Of a DNA stretch of 64,000 bases, positions 53,112 to 60,754 are shown in pieces. Source of the stretch: an uncultured Acidimicrobiales bacterium (GTDB lineage: Bacteria > Actinomycetota > Acidimicrobiia > Acidimicrobiales > Bin134). Location: positions 1,887,076 to 1,951,075 of the forward strand of contig OX638344.1 of assembly GCA_951813555.1 (NCBI GenBank), read 5' to 3'. The notes beneath the pieces were generated by a model. That model was given only the letters and a program-made list of their open reading frames with translations, did no database searches and was not told the DNA's origin. The position numbers and the translations under genes are program-made. Numbering within the stretch: position 1 is the first letter of the stretch; each line of letters starts with the position of its first letter.

Positions 53112-54010
53112 ACTGCGGCCCGACGACGGCCCCCTCGACGGCGGGCAGCTCCCTCCCCAGCAGCGGTCGGATCCCGGTTCTCGGCAATCCACGCCATGCA
53201 GTCCTGATCGTGGCCGGCCAGCACGTCGGCGGCCATTACCGCCTGCTTCACCTCGGCGTGCAGCGGGTTCATGATGGCCGAGGACATCCCCGCGCCGATG
53301 GCCATGGCCAGAAACGTGCCGGTGATCGAGTGACGGTTGGGCAGCCCGAAGCTCACGTTGCTGGCCCCGCAGGTGGTGTTCACCTTGAGCTCTTCGCGTA
53401 TGCGGCGAACCAGGCGGAACACCTGTTGGCCGGCGGTTCCCATGGCCCCGATGGGCATGACCAGAGGATCGACCACCACGTCGGAGTTTGGGATGCCGTG
53501 GTCGGCGGCCCGCTCCACGATCTTGCGGGCCACCTCGAAGCGGACGTCGGGATTCTCGCTGATGCCGGTCTCGTCGTTGGATATGGCCACCACTGCGGCG
53601 CTGTGGCGGGCCACCAGCGGCAGCACCCGCTCCAGCACCTCGTCCTCGCCGGTGACCGAGTTGATCAGCGGCTTGCCGTTGTACACCGCAATGCCCGCCT
53701 CCAGCGCCTCGATGATCGAGGAGTCGATGGACAGCGGCACGTCGGTCACCGACTGCACCAGCTTGATCGCCCGGGCCAGCAGCGCAGGCTCGTCGGCCAG
53801 GGGGATGCCGGCGTTCACATCCAGCATGTGGGCTCCGGCGGCCACCTGGGCCAGGGCATCGGCTTCCACCCGGCTGAAGTCGCCGGCCTTCATCTCCTCG
53901 GTCAGCAGCTTGCGCCCGGTGGGGTTGATCCGCTCGCCGATCATCACGAACGGACGGCCGAAACCGATCACCACCTCCTTGGTTGCCGAGCTGATCACGG
54001 TGTCGGTCAC
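53108..54010 (-). CDS. Methyltetrahydrofolate:corrinoid methyltransferase (pterin-binding, MeTr/MtgA-like)
   Basis: IGERINPTGRKLL and MLDVNAG motifs of pterin-binding domains. GTG start at 54008-54010, overlapping the upstream stop (GTGA). Confidence 0.8.
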   Translation of the reverse strand: MTDTVISSATKEVVIGFGRPFVMIGERINPTGRKLLTEEMKAGDFSRVEADALAQVAAGAHMLDVNAGIPLADEPALLARAIKLVQSVTDVPLSIDSSIIEALEAGIAVYNGKPLINSVTGEDEVLERVLPLVARHSAAVVAISNDETGISENPDVRFEVARKIVERAADHGIPNSDVVVDPLVMPIGAMGTAGQQVFRLVRRIREELKVNTTCGASNVSFGLPNRHSITGTFLAMAIGAGMSSAIMNPLHAEVKQAVMAADVLAGHDQDCMAWIAENRDPTAAGEGAARRRGGRRRAAV

Positions 54011-54363
54011 GTTGCCGCCTCCTGGGGACTCACGGTTGCGTTGTCGGGATCCCAGCCGCCAGTGGCCACAAACTCCTTGAGCCGCTCCCGGGGGAATGCG
54101 GCCTCGAGTTCCTCGGCAGCTCGCAGGGCGGCGCCTTCGGGATCGTCGGGATCGCCTGGTATCAGTTTCCGGCGCCACTCGCCGACGTATTGTGATGCCT
54201 GGGTCTTGCCGGCCACCATGGCGGCTTCGTCGATGGCCCGTTGGAAGCGGCGGGGGAGGATGCGCTGGATCTTTGAGGATCCCGAGCCTGCGTTAACCTG
54301 AGCGGGGATGTCCCGCCAGCAGATCACCACTAGGTTGCCGTTACTCCCCCGCCGCCGACTCAC
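54007..54363 (-). CDS. Small conserved protein of corrinoid-methyltransferase clusters (I recall similar proteins annotated as 'virulence factor' family), function unknown
   Basis: 118 aa with 4-nt overlaps on both sides. The family name is from memory only. Confidence 0.55.
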   Translation of the reverse strand: MSRRRGSNGNLVVICWRDIPAQVNAGSGSSKIQRILPRRFQRAIDEAAMVAGKTQASQYVGEWRRKLIPGDPDDPEGAALRAAEELEAAFPRERLKEFVATGGWDPDNATVSPQEAAT

Positions 54364-54983
54364 GCGGCTCGCTCCCGGATCTCTACCAGCGCATCGACCA
54401 ATCCTCCATAGCCGGTTGCCACCCTCTCGAAGCGCAGCCCCAGGCGATCAGCCGCTTGTCGTGCCTGCCGATCCAGTTCGGGGTCTGGCTCCTGAGACAG
54501 GTGCACCAGCCGGGAGTAGTTCTTGAAATAGATCTCTTGCAGCTCGGGGTGGTCAGAGATGCCCAGCCCCTCCAGAATCAGGCGCTCGAAGTGCCGTACC
54601 AGGTAGTCGGTCAAATAGAGCGTTCCCAGCTCCTGCTCCTGCAGCTGGGTGAAGGCCTCGGTCCCGGCGTAGAGCTCGTAGCAGTGTGGGCCGGGGAGGC
54701 GCTCCACCCCCTCCTCTTCGCAGACCTTGTCGAGCAGGCCCCCAGTGCCGCAGTCGGCGTAGCCCACCAAGACGGTGCGGTATTGGTCGCGGGCGGCCCG
54801 GACCCGCTGGCGCACCGACTCGGGAATCAGCTCTGGCCGGTTGTGCAGCTTGGCCGGGAGGCATTCCAGGTCGATGCCGCGGCTGCCGCCCTCCAGATCG
54901 AATGCCGCGATCAGATGGCGCAGTTCCTTGGCCAGTGCCCCGCAAGCAACCACGAGCACCCGGTCGCGGCTCGACATGGTCAC
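54360..54983 (-). CDS. DUF1638-like protein
   Basis: 207 aa. VLVVACGALAKELRHL...VLVGYADCGTGG is typical of DUF1638 proteins found next to corrinoid methyltransferases. Confidence 0.7.
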   Translation of the reverse strand: MTMSSRDRVLVVACGALAKELRHLIAAFDLEGGSRGIDLECLPAKLHNRPELIPESVRQRVRAARDQYRTVLVGYADCGTGGLLDKVCEEEGVERLPGPHCYELYAGTEAFTQLQEQELGTLYLTDYLVRHFERLILEGLGISDHPELQEIYFKNYSRLVHLSQEPDPELDRQARQAADRLGLRFERVATGYGGLVDALVEIRERAA

Positions 54984-55681
54984 ACCGCGGCTCGGCGGGC
55001 AGCTATCAGCTCTTTGGCCGTCTCGGCGGCCACCGCCGCGTCACGACAGTAGGCATCGGCACCGATGGCCTCGCCGAACTCCTCGTTGAGGGGGGCGCCG
55101 CCCACCAGAACAATGAATTCCTCCCGCAGGCTCTTGTCGACCAGCGTGTCGATGACCACCTTCATGTAGGGCATGGTGGTGGTGAGCAATGCCGACATGC
55201 CCAAAATGTCGGGCTGGTGCTCGTCGAGTGCGGCGATGAACTCCTCCACGTCGGTGTTGATCCCCAGGTCGGTCACCTCGAATCCGGCGCCCTCCAGCAT
55301 CATGGCCACCAGGTTCTTGCCGATGTCGTGGATGTCGCCCTTCACCGTGCCGATCACCACGCTGCCAATGGGCTCGGCCCCGGTTTCGGCCAGAAGCGGT
55401 CGCAGGATGGCCATGCCCGCCTTCATGGCGTTGGCGGCCAAAAGAACCTCGGGCACAAACAAGATGCCGTCGCGGAAGTCGATGCCCACGATGCGCATCC
55501 CCTCCACCAGAGCCTCGTCCAGCACCTTGTCGGCCGGCCAACCCCGGTCCAGCAAGATTCTGGTGCCTTCGTCAATTTCTTCAGCGAGGCCGTCGTAAAG
55601 ATCGTCGTGCATCTGCGCACACAGGTCTTCGTCGTTCAGACTCGACAGATCGATGTCGTCGATCTCGGGCGTGTCAGTCAT
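54980..55681 (-). CDS. Corrinoid (B12-binding) protein
   Basis: DxHxxG motif GDIHDIGKN, followed by MSALLTTTM. Start at ATG 55679-55681 (MTDTPEIDD). The upstream part of the 371-aa track ORF was rejected. Confidence 0.85.
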   Translation of the reverse strand: MTDTPEIDDIDLSSLNDEDLCAQMHDDLYDGLAEEIDEGTRILLDRGWPADKVLDEALVEGMRIVGIDFRDGILFVPEVLLAANAMKAGMAILRPLLAETGAEPIGSVVIGTVKGDIHDIGKNLVAMMLEGAGFEVTDLGINTDVEEFIAALDEHQPDILGMSALLTTTMPYMKVVIDTLVDKSLREEFIVLVGGAPLNEEFGEAIGADAYCRDAAVAAETAKELIAARRAAV

Positions 55682-55718
55682 TCGACACACTCCTTCTGTG
55701 GTGCTGGACCCAGGGCGG

Positions 55719-55753
55719 GTTCCATACTGTGGACCAGTACCGCAATGCGGAAC
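55719..55753. promoter_or_regulatory. Paired operator-like boxes upstream of the corrinoid operon
   Basis: GTTCCATACTGTGGAC (55719-55734) and GTACCGCAATGCGGAAC (55737-55753). The second differs at 1 of 17 positions from the palindrome at 37001-37017. Confidence 0.5.
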
Positions 55754-55876
55754 AGTGTCACTGTAGCACGAAGAATCAGCGTCTGCCTGCGTCGAGTCCA
55801 AACCAGGATCGGCCGTCTGGTTTGAGCAACCCGCCGGGGTAGAGTGGGGAATCGAGTCGACCCTGGAGGACGGGCA

Positions 55877-56080
55877 ATGGCTGTCTTGGATCCAAAGCGC
55901 TGGCTTCCCTCGGCCCGCAAGCAGCGCAAAGATTCCCAGCCCGAGAAACTGTCTCTCGCAGACATCGACGCCGACACCGGCAAGGGGCCCGCAGCCGATC
56001 TTGACGAGGGCGAGTTTCACGCCACCACCGAGGACTTCATTGCCGCCATGAGAGCGCGGCGAAACGGGTCCTCTCAATAG
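55877..56080 (+). CDS. Putative antitoxin-like small protein (partner of 56103-56405)
   Basis: 67 aa. GGAGGA lies 6 nt upstream of ATG 55877. Loosely similar to 26665-26847. Confidence 0.4.
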   Translation: MAVLDPKRWLPSARKQRKDSQPEKLSLADIDADTGKGPAADLDEGEFHATTEDFIAAMRARRNGSSQ

Positions 56081-56102
56081 CTGCCTCCGCAACACCGGGC
56101 GA

Positions 56103-56405
56103 GTGCCGACTCACTTTGAGAACCCTTCGTTCCTGCGCGACCTCGAACGGCTGACCCCGGCACAGGTCTCTCTCTTCGAAGTCCGACTGCGGCAATTCGT
56201 CGCCGACCTGGCCGACATTGAAGACGGACGTCTCAGCTGGTTCCGATCAGGCTTGCGCGTCAAGAAAGTGAAAGGAGTTACCGGTGTCTATGAGATGACA
56301 TGGGCCCCGGACGGCCGGGCGACCTTTGCATGGGGCCCTCAGCAGACTCCCGGCAAGCGCCATGTCGTCTGGCTGCGGATCGGCAGTCACGACATCCTCC
56401 CGTGA
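56103..56405 (+). CDS. RelE/ParE-superfamily-like toxin candidate (paralog of 26857-27165)
   Basis: 100 aa with a GTG start. Sequence LRVKKVKGVTGVYEMTWAPDGRATFAWG...HVVWLRIGSHDILP. It shares the identical run EMTWAPDGRATF with the paralog. Confidence 0.55.
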   Translation: MPTHFENPSFLRDLERLTPAQVSLFEVRLRQFVADLADIEDGRLSWFRSGLRVKKVKGVTGVYEMTWAPDGRATFAWGPQQTPGKRHVVWLRIGSHDILP

Positions 56406-56422
56406 GAAGACATGTCATCGAG

Positions 56423-56496
56423 TACCCCCCCTGGGACTTGAACCCAGAACCTGCGGATTAAGAGTCCGTCGCTCTGCCAAATTGAGCTAGAGGGGC
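56423..56496 (-). tRNA. tRNA-Lys (anticodon CTT)
   Basis: Cloverleaf folded by hand: D arm GCTC/GAGC, anticodon loop CTCTTAA, T arm CTGGG-TTCAAGT-CCCAG. The acceptor stem has G1-U72 and U6-G67 wobble pairs. CCA is not encoded. Confidence 0.85.
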
Positions 56497-56500
56497 TTGT

Positions 56501-56579
56501 TGGGCGGACCGAGGGGATTTGAACCCCCGACCTCCGGGACCACAACCCGGCGCTCTAACCTAACTGAGCTACGGCCCGC
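56501..56579 (-). tRNA. tRNA-His (anticodon GTG)
   Basis: Anticodon arm CCGGG-TTGTGGT-CCCGG. An encoded G-1 sits opposite C73. T loop TTCAAAT. CCA is encoded. Confidence 0.9.
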
Positions 56580-56648
56580 ACGGCCCGGTCAGTCTAGGGC
56601 CGGTCTTGCCATGTGGGGAAACTGTTTGGGGTCCGGAGCGCAGCGCGC

Positions 56649-57581
56649 TCAGCCCAGCCAGGCGACGATGGCCTCGGCCAGCGCGGGGCCCTGGTCCTCT
56701 TGGATGAAGTGGCTGGCCGGGCGGAATTGGGCGTGAGGCTGGTTGGCCGCCCCGGGAATCCGCTCGCTGATGGCCGCCTGCCCGCCGCCCAGCACCGGGT
56801 CGTCGGGGGCCCACAGGGTGAGCACCGGCTTGGTCCACCGTTCCAATGCCTTCCAGGCCGCCCGGTTGGCGGGAACGGCGGGATCGGCCGGCGAGATCGG
56901 CACCAGCATTGGGAAATGGCGGGCCCCGGCCATGTAGAGCTCATCGGGGAACGGCGCCCGGTAGGCCTCCTGAGCAGCCTCGCTCAGGTCAGTGGCCGTG
57001 GCGTTGTCCACCAGCCGGCCGCAGTCGAGGAATTCGACGTCTTGGCTGAACTGGAGCCAGAACTCGAAGCCCGCCCCCGGTGACTGCCCCTCGGGCAGCC
57101 CGGTGTTGGCCAGAATCAGCCGGTCGAATAGATCGGGGTTCTCGGCGGCCACCCGCAAGCCAATCAGCCCGCCCCAGTCCTGGCCGAACAGATGCAGCGG
57201 CCCGCCGCCCCGCTCTGCGGCGGTGGCAGCCAAGAACTCCCGCATCCACTCCACATGGCCTTCATAGGAATAGGCCGAGCGCTCTAACGGCTTGTCGGAT
57301 CGCCCGAAGCCGATCAGGTCGGGCACCACCGCCCGGTACCCGGCTGCCACCAGCGGCGGGATCATCTTGCGGTACAAGTACCCCCAGGTGGGCTCGCCGT
57401 GCAGCAGCAAGAACGTGTCGGTGTCTTCGTCCGGTTGATCGGGTTCGGCCACCACATACCCCATCCGCAAACCATCCACCTCGACATAGCGCGGCTCATA
57501 CGGATAGTCGCCCAGCCCGCCAAACCGCTCCTCCGGAGTACGAACAAACGCCACCCCGCCTGAAGTGGTGAGTACATCCAT
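56649..57581 (-). CDS. Haloalkane dehalogenase-type alpha/beta hydrolase
   Basis: LLLHGEPTWGYLYRKMIP and the nucleophile motif FGQDWGG. Start at ATG 57579-57581 (MDVLTTSGG). Confidence 0.8.
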   Translation of the reverse strand: MDVLTTSGGVAFVRTPEERFGGLGDYPYEPRYVEVDGLRMGYVVAEPDQPDEDTDTFLLLHGEPTWGYLYRKMIPPLVAAGYRAVVPDLIGFGRSDKPLERSAYSYEGHVEWMREFLAATAAERGGGPLHLFGQDWGGLIGLRVAAENPDLFDRLILANTGLPEGQSPGAGFEFWLQFSQDVEFLDCGRLVDNATATDLSEAAQEAYRAPFPDELYMAGARHFPMLVPISPADPAVPANRAAWKALERWTKPVLTLWAPDDPVLGGGQAAISERIPGAANQPHAQFRPASHFIQEDQGPALAEAIVAWLG

Positions 57582-57657
57582 GCCAGCGACCCTACAGGGA
57601 CCGGCCTCTTCGCCTGGCACCCGTGTCTTTGTCTCTTGACAGGCGGTACTTGGCTGG

Positions 57658-58059
57658 CTACAGGTCCGCTCCGGGCGACACAACGGTCACACCGTTGTGA
57701 ACCGCGGCCTCGGCCAGTCGCGTGTCATAGGTGACGATGCCTTCCAGGTCATGGCCTAGGTCAAGGGCCGTGGCGAGGTGGATGGCGTCCAAGGAACGCA
57801 ACGCGGGTGGGTTCAGCAGGCCTGCCTGTTCGAAGACGCGCTCCCCCAACCTCATCAGCTGCACGGAGTCAAGCACTTCTCTCGCCACTTGAACGTGGGC
57901 TGGCGTCAGCTTTCGGGCGGCACGGAGAAGCTCCGTTTGCGCAAGATCTCCCGCCACCAGATCTCGATACCTCTGGGATCTCCAATATTGGAGCGCCTGC
58001 GTCTCCGGTTCCGCAGAAACCAGCTTCACGAGGGCAGATGTGTCGACATAGAACGCCAC
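57658..58059 (-). CDS. vapC: PIN-domain toxin VapC
   Basis: VAFYVDTSALVKL is a PIN N-terminus. The GTG start at 58057-58059 lies 1 nt after the antitoxin stop. Confidence 0.8.
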   Translation of the reverse strand: MAFYVDTSALVKLVSAEPETQALQYWRSQRYRDLVAGDLAQTELLRAARKLTPAHVQVAREVLDSVQLMRLGERVFEQAGLLNPPALRSLDAIHLATALDLGHDLEGIVTYDTRLAEAAVHNGVTVVSPGADL

Positions 58060-58060
58060 C

Positions 58061-58333
58061 TCAGTAGCGCTCTTCCTCGCGCATCTCAGCGAGCACTTCA
58101 GACAGGCTCGGGCCCTCGATGGGGTCGGGCAGATCAGCGATGTCTCTGGTGGCCGCTGCCACCAGACCGGCATCGGTTAGCTCCTGCAGGCGCGACTTCG
58201 GTATCGGCGTCATCAGAGCCACCGGGCGTCCCCGGCTGGTGATTGTCACGATCTCACCCGCGGCTGCCTTGGCCACCACCGCTGACGCATTCTGCTTGAG
58301 CGCCCGAATGCCCACTTCACTCATGTGCTTCAT
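58061..58333 (-). CDS. Phd/YefM-type antitoxin
   Basis: MKHMSEVGIRALKQNASAVVAKAAAGEIVTITSRGRPVALM. Start at ATG 58333, or alternatively 58324. Confidence 0.75.
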   Translation of the reverse strand: MKHMSEVGIRALKQNASAVVAKAAAGEIVTITSRGRPVALMTPIPKSRLQELTDAGLVAAATRDIADLPDPIEGPSLSEVLAEMREEERY

Positions 58334-58639
58334 TGTAGCACATAGGTCTCTCGGCGAAGCTAGGGAAGAGTCGTCCCACCCCTGAGAAAGCTCCTCGTAG
58401 CAGGCCAAACCAGACTCCTGGCCGTAGAGAGTCAGCTCTGGGGTCGGCGTACCAGCAGGTGTCGGCTCAGTAGAAGTGGCGATGGTCGGAGCGGGAGTGA
58501 GGGGTGAAGGCTCGGCGGCAGCCTGGACAGCCGTTGCAGTGGCTTGTGCGGCGGTCGGATCAAGTGAAGATGTGTGCGGGGCGGGAGGTTCCAACAGCAC
58601 CCCTCCGAACGCCCCGAAGCGGCCAAAACCCCGCGCCAA
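58334..58639 (-). pseudogene. Truncated duplicate of the lipoprotein gene at 59392-59976 (lacks signal peptide and C-terminus)
   Basis: The upstream part of ORF 58061-58639 encodes DPTAAQATATAVQAAAEPSPLTPAPTIATSTEPTPAGTPTP...GLACYEELSQGW. This parallels the lipoprotein segment DPTAAQITATAVQATAEPSPLTPVPTIATSTDPTPAGTPTP...GLACYGELSEGW. Confidence 0.5.
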
Positions 58640-58711
58640 CCCCCGCTACTGGCTTGATACTTTTGTTTCGCGCCGTTAAACGCGCCAGCACGCCCCTGTA
58701 GGCCGCAGTTG
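58370..58711. repeat. Direct repeat copy A (lipoprotein 5' part + tRNA-Arg upstream region + first 10 nt of tRNA-Arg)
   Basis: It aligns by eye to 59692-59886 plus 60077-60215. It ends in GCCCCTGTAG (58702-58711), which equals tRNA-Arg positions 1-10. Confidence 0.7.
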
Positions 58712-58809
58712 AGTGCGTCACCTGGAAGGTTGGGAAGGCACGGGCTGTAGGCGGGATGTCGGTCAGAGCCGGTTGTGTTAGTTGGGATGGCTGCTGTCTT
58801 GGTGGCGGG

Positions 58810-59310
58810 TCAGGGTTTGAGTGTGATTCCGAGAGCAGATCGGACCGCGGCGTCGTCGCAGTTTCCGCGATTGCGTGTCGTGTCTACGGTGAGGGCGGTT
58901 TTACCGTCGATGTCTTGTGCTACCAGTGTCGGGGGTTTTGGGCAAGCGGCGTCCCAGTAGTTCGCGATCACGTCGAATCCCATCGCGTCGGGCAACAGCA
59001 GAGTGGGACAGTCGGTGCCATCGGTGTAGACGAGGTGGGCGATGTCGGAGTGGACTATCTGCGAGCAGTCAAGGTCGAAGATTGCAGAAGATTTCGGGGA
59101 AGCCGGATGGCCCAGATGGTGAACTAGCGCCGGGAACTTCGTGGCTTCGAAATCGGGAATCTGCGTGACCGACTCGACCCTGTTCTTGGTATCGCCTTCG
59201 ATTCGAAGCCCGGATTCGCAACTCCGCACCAGCACAATCACCAAGACGATTGCCGCGACCACCAGGATCATTCCGTAGTAGGCAAACCTCTGGTTGAAGA
59301 CCTGCGCCAC
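58810..59310 (-). CDS. N-terminally membrane-anchored hypothetical protein
   Basis: 166 aa with a single N-terminal hydrophobic helix (YYGMILVVAAIVLVIVLV). No family recognised. Confidence 0.5.
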   Translation of the reverse strand: MAQVFNQRFAYYGMILVVAAIVLVIVLVRSCESGLRIEGDTKNRVESVTQIPDFEATKFPALVHHLGHPASPKSSAIFDLDCSQIVHSDIAHLVYTDGTDCPTLLLPDAMGFDVIANYWDAACPKPPTLVAQDIDGKTALTVDTTRNRGNCDDAAVRSALGITLKP

Positions 59311-59391
59311 ACGACCAGGCTACGAGGCTGGGCGCGGCTTGCTGTCATGAAGGAGAGCGTCGTGGGCCGTCTTTGGCTGTGGCGTGGCTGG

Positions 59392-59976
59392 TTATCCCCG
59401 TGTCCCGCCGCTTCTAGAGGTGCTTTCATCGAAGTAGACGCAGCCTGTTCCTGCGTCGATGATCCAACTGCCGTCTGGTAGTTGCGCGGCGTACACCACG
59501 ACCTGTGCGTTTCCACTGGCGTCGCGAAACGCCACCGAGTTGTCCTCGCTGGGGTATTGGGTGAGGTCTTCTGCGCTGATTGAGTATGTCCCATCGCGGC
59601 TGTGCCATGCCCGTGCCTCAGACTCGTTCTGCCACCAATGGGCTGCGGCTTCATCCACAGAGGGAAAACCGACCACGAGGTCGGGGACGAAGTCGTAGTT
59701 CCACCCCTCAGAAAGCTCCCCGTAGCAGGCCAAGCCCGACTTGTGCACGAAGAGAGTCTGCGCAGGGGTCGGCGTGCCAGCAGGCGTCGGATCGGTCGAA
59801 GTGGCGATGGTCGGAACGGGAGTGAGGGGTGAAGGCTCGGCGGTTGCCTGGACAGCCGTAGCGGTGATCTGTGCGGCGGTCGGATCGGGGGTGGCTGTGT
59901 CGCCGTTGGTGCCACAAGCGGCAGCGAGCAGCGCAGCAGCGGACACACCGGCGATGGTTCGCAGTGCTCTCCCCAT
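59392..59976 (-). CDS. Putative lipoprotein with Thr/Pro/Ala-rich linker
   Basis: Start at ATG 59974-59976. Signal peptide plus lipobox: MGRALRTIAGVSAAALLAAAC. Confidence 0.6.
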   Translation of the reverse strand: MGRALRTIAGVSAAALLAAACGTNGDTATPDPTAAQITATAVQATAEPSPLTPVPTIATSTDPTPAGTPTPAQTLFVHKSGLACYGELSEGWNYDFVPDLVVGFPSVDEAAAHWWQNESEARAWHSRDGTYSISAEDLTQYPSEDNSVAFRDASGNAQVVVYAAQLPDGSWIIDAGTGCVYFDESTSRSGGTRG

Positions 59977-60215
59977 GAGCAGAAAGCTACAACCGTCCAT
60001 GCTGCTTCTTCCGTCAGGGGTTCCCCGGTAGATGCGCAACCGTCATGGAAGGGGTACACAACCAGCCTGCGTGAAGCAGTGAAGGTGTGTGCGGGGCGGG
60101 AGGTTCAAACAGCACCCCTCCGAACACCCCGAAGCGGCAAAACTCCGCACCAACCTCCGCCACCGGCTTGATACTTTTGTTTCGCGCCGTTAAAGGCGCT
60201 AGCACGCCCCTGTAG
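59692..60215. repeat. Direct repeat copy B (intact version, includes ~190 nt absent from copy A)
   Basis: Counterpart of 58370-58711. The segment 59887-60076 (signal peptide and start of the lipoprotein gene) has no equivalent in copy A. Confidence 0.7.
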
Positions 60216-60280
60216 CTCAGTCCGGACAGAGCAGATGACTTCTAATCATCAGGTCGCAGGTTCGAATCCTGCCGGGGGCG
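60206..60280 (+). tRNA. tRNA-Arg (anticodon TCT)
   Basis: Acceptor GCCCCTG/CGGGGGC, D arm GCTC/GAGC, anticodon arm GATGA-CTTCTAA-TCATC, T arm GCAGG-TTCGAAT-CCTGC. Confidence 0.9.
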
Positions 60281-60287
60281 CTTTTTT

Positions 60288-60320
60288 CGATGTCCTGAAC
60301 CACCACACTTCCTGGGGTGC
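60288..60320. repeat. 33-bp direct repeat, copy 1 (immediately 3' of tRNA-Arg)
   Basis: CGATGTCCTGAACCACCACACTTCCTGGGGTGC. 32/33 identical to 60657-60689. Confidence 0.7.
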
Positions 60321-60357
60321 TCTTTCCGGAGGTACTCCGCCAAGCTGAGGTACTTGG

Positions 60358-60567
60358 TCAACGGGCTAGGCGCTCGAGGAGCTCTTTGTCTCGCTCCAAC
60401 AGCCGCTTGGCTCTTGCGATGAATTCCTCGTCGGCCTTTACCCGTTGAATCTCAGCGCGAAGCGAATCAACAACCAGTTGATTCATGCTTGATTCCCGGA
60501 CCCGGGCCAACGCCTCTGCCTCCTCGGCCAATTCATCCGGTAGCCGCACCGTCGTTTGCTTCGTCAT
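60358..60567 (-). CDS. Ribbon-helix-helix (CopG/Arc-like) protein, orphan antitoxin-like
   Basis: 69 aa from ATG 60565-60567: MTKQTTVRLPDELAEEAEALARVRESSMNQLVVDSLRAEIQR. The longer 144-aa track ORF was rejected. Confidence 0.6.
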   Translation of the reverse strand: MTKQTTVRLPDELAEEAEALARVRESSMNQLVVDSLRAEIQRVKADEEFIARAKRLLERDKELLERLAR

Positions 60568-60656
60568 GATGGTATGATATCGCGATATCACGATCCTGCC
60601 ACGCAATTTCCAGGAAGTGCAGTGCTTCGCCCAGCAGGGCAACCCATCAGAGTTTC

Positions 60657-60689
60657 CGATGTCCTGAACCACCACACTTCCTGGGGCGC
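60657..60689. repeat. 33-bp direct repeat, copy 2
   Basis: CGATGTCCTGAACCACCACACTTCCTGGGGCGC. Confidence 0.7.
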
Positions 60690-60754
60690 ATTTTGTGAAT
60701 TGGGGGGTTGCAGCGCTGCCGCCGGCGTGAGCCCTCGTTAATTCTTGGCCGACA

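Noticed and set aside
54686-55825. 379-aa + strand ORF across the DUF1638-like and corrinoid-protein genes
   Set aside because: It is an Arg/Pro/Gly-rich shadow frame antisense to a 4-nt-overlap operon.
55682-55876. Cobalamin riboswitch upstream of the corrinoid-protein operon
   Set aside because: I could not find a B12-box-like element or the expected multi-stem architecture by eye. The region is better explained by operator palindromes. A covariance-model scan (Rfam RF00174) would be decisive.
26665-56405. Reading the whole 29.7-kb interval between the two RelE/ParE-like paralogs as one genomic island integrated at tRNA-Lys
   Set aside because: Most genes inside (DMGDH, etfBA, MTHFR, the corrinoid operon) have host-like high GC and form a coherent regulon. 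Nucleotide identity between the paralogs is limited to ~35 nt. I saw no tRNA-Lys 3'-end repeat at the left border.
56423-56496. tRNA-Lys as a pseudogene because of the G1-U72 and U6-G67 acceptor pairs
   Set aside because: All four arms and the conserved T and D loop features are intact. Wobble pairs alone do not justify a pseudogene call. tRNAscan-SE scoring would settle it.
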